A DNA stretch of 64,000 nucleotides from positions 137,950,001 through 138,014,000 of the forward strand of contig OZ024740.1 in the NCBI GenBank assembly GCA_964016885.1, given 5' to 3'. The notes under the pieces are model-generated. The model searched no databases. It had not been told where the DNA came from and saw nothing but the letters and a program-made list of their open reading frames with translations. The translations under genes and the position numbers were made by a program. Below, one piece after another: positions 58,001 to 64,000 of the stretch (positions are counted from its first letter, which is position 1; every line of letters begins with the position of its first letter). The DNA comes from Eledone cirrhosa. Lineage: Eukaryota.

Positions 58001-59900
58001 TCTCACTTTTCCCCCAATCTCCAATTCTCTCTTTCTCTCATCACTTTTCTCTCAATCTCCAATTCTCTCTTTCTCTTATCACTTTTCTCTCAATCTCCAA
58101 TACTCTCTTTCTGTTATCACTTTTCTCTCAATCTCCAATTATCTCTTTCTCTTATCACTTTTCTCTCAATCTCCAATTCTCTCTTTCTCTTATCACTTTT
58201 CTGCCAATCTCCAATTCTCTCTTTCTCTTATCACTTTACTCTCAATCTCCAATTCTCTCTTTCTCTTATCACTTTTCTCTCAATTTCCAATTCTCTCTTT
58301 CTCTTATCACTTTTCTCTCAATCTCTAATTCTCTCTTTCTTTTATCAATTTTCTCTCAATCTCCAATTCTTTCTTTCACTCATCACTTTTCTCTCAATCT
58401 CCAATTCTCTCTTTCTCTTATCACTTTTCCCCCAATCTACAATTCTCACTTTCTCTTATCACTTTTTCTCTCAATCTCCAATTCTCTCTTTCTCATATCA
58501 CTTTTTTCTCAATCTCCAATTCTCTCTTTCTCTTATCACTTTTCTCTCAATCTCCAATTCTCTCTTTCTCTTATCACTTTTCCCCCAATCTCCAATTCTC
58601 TCTTTCTCTTATCACTTTTCTCGCAATCACCAATACTCTCTTTCTCTTATCAATTTTCTCTCAATCTCCAATTCTTTCTTTCTCTTATCACTTTTCTCTC
58701 AATCTCCAATTCTTTCTTTCTCTTATCACTTTTCTCTCAATCTCCCATTCTGTCTTTCTCTTATCACTTTTCCCCCAATCTCCAATTCTCTCTTTCTCAT
58801 ATCACTTTTCTCTCAATCTCCAATTCTCTCTTTCTCTTATCAGTTTTCTCTCAATCTCCAATTCTCTCTTTCTCTTATCACTTTTCTCTCAATCTCCAAT
58901 TCTCTCTTTCTCTTATCACTTTTCCTCCAATATCCAATTCTCTCTTTCTCTTATCACTTTTCTCTCAACCTCCAATTCTCTCTTTCTCTTATCACTTTTC
59001 TCTCAATCTCCAATTCTTTCTTTCTCTTATTACTTTTCTCTCAATTTCTAATTCTCTCTTTCTCTTATCACTTTTCTTTCAATCATCAATTCTCTCTTTC
59101 TCTTATCACTTTTCTCTCAATCTCCAATTCTCTCTTTCTCCTCTCACTTTTCTCCCAATCTCCAATTCTCTCTCTTTCTCTTATCACTTTTCTCTCAATC
59201 TCCAATTCTCTCTCTCTTTTCTCACTTTTCCCCCAATCTCCAATTCTCTCTTTCTCTTCACACTTTTCCCCCAATCTGCAATTCTCTCTTTCTCTCATCA
59301 ATTTTCTCTATAGCTCCAATTCTCTCTTCCTCTTATCAATTTTCTCTTAATCTCCAATTCTCTCTTTCTCTTCTCACTTTTCCCCCAATCTCCAATTCTC
59401 TCTTTCTCTTATCACTTTTCTCTCAATCTCCAATTCTCTCTTTCTCTTATCACTTTTCTCTCAATATCTAATTCTCTCTTTCTCTTATCACTTTTCTCTC
59501 AATCTCCAATTCTCTCTTTCTCTTATCACTTTTCTCTCAATCTCCAATTCTCTCTTTCTCTTATCACTTTTCTGCCAATCTCCAATTCTCTCTTTCTCTT
59601 ATCACTTTACTCTCAATCTCAAATTCTCTCTTTCTCTAATCACTTTTCTCTCAATCTCCAATTCTCTCTTTCTCTTATCACTTTCCCCCCAATTTACCAT
59701 TCTCTCTTTCTCTTATCACTTTTCTTTCAATCTCCAATTCTCTCCTTCTCTTATCACTTTTCTCTCAATCTCCAATTCTCTCTTTCTCCTCTCACTTTTC
59801 CCCCAATCTCCAATTCTCTCTCTTTCTCTTATCACTTTTCCCCCAATCTCCAATTCTCTCTTTCTCTTCACACTTTTCCCCCAATCTCCAATTCTCTCTT
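55100..59900. repeat. Non-adjacent copy of the 46.2-53.6 kb block, carrying one rather than three 1370-bp units
   Basis: Offset +8943 for ORFs 46544/55487, 47230/56173, 47718/56661, 48716/57659 and for AATTGTCTC (46912/55855). Downstream the offset drops to 6165-6241: CTCGCAATC (52458/58623) and ATCATCAATT (52841/59082). Confidence 0.88.
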
Positions 59901-62900
59901 TCTCTCATCAATTTTCTCTATATCTCCAATTCTCTCTTCCTCTTATCAATTTTCTCTTAATCTCCAATTCTCTCTTTCTCTTCTCACTTTTCCCCCAATC
60001 TCCAATTCTCTCTTTCTCTTCTCACTTTTCCCCCAATCTCCAATTCTCTCTTTCTGTCATCACTTTTCTCTCAATCTCCAATTCTCTCTTTCTCTTATCA
60101 CTTTTCTCAAAATCTCCAATTCTATCTTTCTCTTCTCACTTTTCTCTCAATCTCCAATCCTCTCTTTCTGCTATCACTTTTCTCTCAATCTCCAATTATC
60201 TCTTTCTCTTATCACTTCTCTCTCAATCTCCAATTCTCTCTTTCTCTTATCACTTTTCTGCCAATCTCCAATTCTCTCTTTCTCTTATCACTTTACTCTC
60301 AATCTCCAATTCTCTCTTTCTCTTATCACTTTTCTCTCAATTTCCAATTCTCTCTTTCTCTTATCACTTTTCTCTCAATCTCTAATTCTCTCTTTCTTTT
60401 ATCAATTTTCTCTCAATCTCCAATTCTTTCTTTCTCTAATCACTTTTCTCTCAATCTCCAATTCTCTCTTTCTCTTATCACTTTTCCCCCAATCTACAAT
60501 TCTCACTTTCTCTTATCACTTTTTCTCTCAATCTCCAATTCTCTCTTTCTCATATCACTTTTTTCTCAATCTCCAATTCTCTCTTTCTCTTATCACTTTT
60601 CCCCCAATCTCCAATTCTCTCTTTCTCTTATCACTTTTCTCACAATCTCCAATACTCTCTTTCTCTTATCAATTTTCTCTCAATCTCCAATTCTTTCTTT
60701 CTCTGATCACTTTTCTCTCAATCTCCAATTCTTTCTTTCTCTTATCACTTTACTCTCAATCTCCCATTCTGTCTTTCTCTTATCACTTTTCCCCCAATCT
60801 CCAATTCTCTCTTTCTCATATCACTTTTCTCTCAATCTCCAATTCTCTCTTTCTCTTATCAGTTTTCCCTCAATCTCCAATTCTCTCTTTCTCTTATCAC
60901 TTTTCTCTCAATCTCCAATTCTCTCTTTCTCTTATCACTTTTCCTCCAATATCCAATTCTCTCTTTCTCTTATCACTTTTCTCTCAATCTCCAATTCTCT
61001 CTTTCTCTTATCACTTTTCTCTCAATCTCCAATTCTTTCTTTCTCTTATTACTTTTCTCTCAATTTCTAATTCTCTCTTTCTCTTATCACTTTTCTTTCA
61101 ATCTCCAATTCTCTCTTTCTCCTCTCACTTTTCCCCCAATCTCCAATTCTCTCTCTTTCTCTTATCACTGTTCTCTCAATCTTCAATTCTCTCTCTCTTT
61201 TCTCACTTTTCCCCCAATCTCCAATTCTCTCTTTCTCTTCACACTTTTCTCCCAATCTGCAATTCTCTCTTTCTCTCATCAATTTTCTCTATATCTCCAA
61301 TTCTCTCTTCCTCTTATCAATTTTCTCTTAATCTCCAATTCTCTCTTTCTCTTCTCACTTTTCCCCCAATCTCCAATTCTCTCTTTCTCTTATCACTTTT
61401 CTCTCAATCTCCAATTCTCTCTTTCTCTTATCACTTTTCTCTCAATCTCCAATTCTCTCTTTCTCTTATCACTTTTCTCTCAATCTCCAATTCTCTCTTT
61501 CTCTTATCACTTTTCTGCCAATCTCCAATTCTCTCTTTCTCTTATCACTTTACTCTCAATCTCAAATTCTCTCTTTCTCTAATCACTTTTCTCTCAATCT
61601 CCAATTCTCTCTTTCTCTTATCACTTTCCCCCCAATTTACCATTCTCTCTTTCTCTTATCACTTTTCTTTCAATCTCCAATTCTCTCCTTCTCTTATCAC
61701 TTTTCTCTCAATCTCCAATTCTCTCTTTCTCCTCTCACTTTTCCCCCAATCTCCAATTCTCTCTCTTTCTCTTATCACTTTTCCCCCAATCTCCAATTCT
61801 CTCTTTCTCTTCACACTTTTCCCCCAATCTCCAATTCTCTCTTTCTCTCATCAATTTTCTCTATATCTCCAATTCTCTCTTTCTCTTATCACTTTTCTCA
61901 AAATCTCCAATTCTATCTTTCTCTTCTCACTTTTCTCTCAATCTCCAATCCTCTCTTTCTGCTATCACTTTTCTCTCAATCTCCAATTATCTCTTTCTCT
62001 TATCACTTTTCTCTCAATCTCCAATTCTCTCTTTCTCTTATCACTTTTCTGCCAATCTCCAATTCTCTCTTTCTCTTATCACTTTACTCTCAATCTCCAA
62101 TTCTCTCTTTCTCTTATCACTTTTCTCTCAATTTCCAATTCTCTCTTTCTCTTATCACTTTTCTCTCAATCTCTAATTCTCTCTTTCTTTTATCAATTTT
62201 CTCTCAATCTCCAATTCTTTCTTTCTCTAATCACTTTTCTCTCAATCTCCAATTCTCTCTTTCTCTTATCACTTTTCCCCCAATCTACAATTCTCACTTT
62301 CTCTTATCACTTTTTCTCTCAATCTCCAATTCTCTCTTTCTCATATCACTTTTTTCTCAATCTCCAATTCTCTCTTTCTCTTATCACTTTTCCCCCAATC
62401 TCCAATTCTCTCTTTCTCTTATCACTTTTCTCACAATCTCCAATACTCTCTTTCTCTTATCAATTTTCTCTCAATCTCCAATTCTTTCTTTCTCTTATCA
62501 CTTTTCTCTCAATCTCCAATTCTTTCTTTCTCTTATCACTTTACTCTCAATCTCCCATTCTGTCTTTCTCTTATCACTTTTCCCCCAATCTCCAATTCTC
62601 TCTTTCTCATATCACTTTTCTCTCAATCTCCAATTCTCTCTTTCTCTTATCAGTTTTCCCTCAATCTCCAATTCTCTCTTTCTCATATCACTTTTCTCTC
62701 AATCTCCAATTCTCTCTTTCTCTTATCACTTTTCCTCCAATATCCAATTCTCTCTTTCTCTTATCACTTTTCTCTCAATCTCCAATTCTCTCTTTCTCTT
62801 ATCACTTTTCTCTCAATCTCCAATTCTTTCTTTCTCTTATTACTTTTCTCTCAATTTCTAATTCTCTCTTTCTCTTATCACTTTTCTTTCAATCTCCAAT

Positions 62901-64000
62901 TCTCTCTTTCTCTTATCACTTTTCTCTCAATCTCCAATTCTCTCTTTCTCCTCTCACTTTTCCCCCAATCTCCAATTCTCTCTCTTTCTCTTATCACTGT
63001 TCTCTCAATCTCCAATTCTCTCTCTCTTTTCTCACTTTTCCCCCAATCTCCAATTCTCTCTTTCTCTTCACACTTTTCTCCCAATCTGCAATTCTCTCTT
63101 TCTCTCATCAATTTTCTCTATATCTCCAATTCTCTCTTCCTCTTATCAATTTTCTCTTAATCTCCAATTCTCTCTTTCTCTTCTCACTTTTCCCCCAATC
63201 TCCAATTCTCTCTTTCTCTTATCACTTTTCTCTCAATCTCCAACTCTCTCTTTCTTTCATCACTTTTCTCTCAATCTCCAATTCTCTCTTTCTCTTATCA
63301 CTTTTCTCTCAATCTCCAATTCTCTCTTTCTCTTATCACTTTTCTCTCAATATCTAATTCTCTCTTTCTCTTATCACTTTTCTCTCAATCTCCAATTCTC
63401 TCTTTCTCTTATTACTTTTCTCTCAATCTCCAATTCTCTCTTTCTCTTATCACTTTTCTGCCAATCTCCAATTCTCTGTTTCTCTTATCACTTTACTCTC
63501 AATCTCAAATTCTCTCTTTCTCTTATCACTTTTCTCTCAATCTCCAATTCTTTCTTTCTCTAATCACTTTTCTCTCAATCTCCAATTCTCTCTTTCTCTT
63601 ATCACTTTTCCCCCAATTTACCATTCTCTCTTTCTCTTATCACTTTTCTTTCAATCTCCAATTCTCTCCTTCTCTTATCACTTTTCTGCCAATCTCCAAT
63701 TCTCTCTTTCTCTTATCACTTTACTCTCAATCTCCAATTCTCTCTTTCTCTTATCACTTTTCTCTCAATTTCCAATTCTCTCTTTCTCTTATCACTTTTC
63801 TCTCAATCTCTAATTCTCTCTTTCTTTTATCAATTTTCTCACAATCTCCAATTCTTTCTTTCTCTAATCACTTTTCTCTCAATCTCCCATTCTGTCTTTC
63901 TCTTATCACTTTTCCACCAATCTACAATTCTCACTTTCTCTTATCACTTTTTCTCTCAATCTCCAATTCTCTCTTTCTCATATCACTTTTTTCTCAATCT
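58900..64000. repeat. Tandem higher-order units of about 1.8-2.0 kb (47-52 monomers), about 2.5 copies
   Basis: ATTTACCATT (59692/61635/63616), CTGCTATC (G 60170/61961) and TCACTGTTCTC (G 61170/62999). Confidence 0.82.

Larger units (their letters stand above)
1..64000. repeat. Satellite DNA: continuous tandem array of a 38-bp CT-rich (+) / GA-rich (-) monomer, about 1,680 copies, running off both window ends
   Basis: AATCTCCAATT recurs every 38 bp from position 23 to the end. Consensus AATCTCCAATTCTCTCTTTCTCTTATCACTTTTCTCTC (6 A, 13 C, 19 T, 0 G). Most monomers differ from it by about 0-4 substitutions, with occasional 36-40-bp length variants. All copies are in one orientation and no non-repeat insert was seen. 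Confidence 0.99.

Noticed and set aside
13496-63111. Recurrent 64-83 aa E/R/K-rich - strand ORFs (MMRERENWRLGEKCEEKERIGDWGK...)
   Set aside because: The - strand consensus has TGA-TAA stops. These ORFs appear where the CTTCACAC/CCCCC variants and the 40-bp monomer bypass the stops, so they mark HOR copies and are not a gene family.
1-64000. CRISPR array (38 bp is within the range of CRISPR repeat lengths)
   Set aside because: Monomers abut directly with no unique spacers, no palindrome, no leader and no cas genes.
1-64000. Canonical telomere repeat or simple (CT)n microsatellite
   Set aside because: There are no tandem CCCTAA, CCTAA or CCCTAAA units. CT runs are only a few units long and sit inside a fixed 38-bp period.
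1-64000. Promoters or splice acceptors suggested by CCAAT boxes and polypyrimidine tracts
   Set aside because: The motifs are simply part of every monomer. AG is almost absent on the + strand and there is no exon-like or unique sequence.
1-64000. Sequencing artefact such as a rolling-circle concatemer or low-complexity noise
   Set aside because: Variants recur in ordered, nested, position-specific patterns, which random error would not produce. Local copy-number misassembly cannot be excluded.

Overview
The whole 64 kb window is one uninterrupted head-to-tail tandem array of a 38-bp monomer (about 1,680 copies). The + strand consensus is AATCTCCAATTCTCTCTTTCTCTTATCACTTTTCTCTC, with a perfect copy at 327..364. 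The + strand is about 84% pyrimidine with no G in the consensus, so the - strand is an almost pure GA-rich purine strand. I found no unique sequence, inversion, transposon, RNA gene or credible protein-coding gene. Every ORF in the track is a conceptual translation of the repeat (3 monomers = 114 bp = the recurring 38-aa peptide). The real structure is hierarchical. The monomer looks built from 7-8-bp subunits. Diagnostic monomer variants recur in a fixed order as a higher-order repeat (HOR) of about 34-39 monomers (1.3-1.5 kb). That HOR was re-amplified in near-identical blocks with periods of about 2247, 1447-1485, 2815-3082, 3809, 1484, 1370 and 1790-1980 bp, plus non-adjacent copies 5.6, 8.9, 14.2 and 26.7 kb apart. 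This looks like eukaryotic satellite DNA (centromeric/pericentromeric, telomeric/subtelomeric or giant-intron type). Organism, chromosomal position and function cannot be determined from the window. Offsets were counted by hand from private variants and ORF-track coordinates, and block boundaries are approximate.
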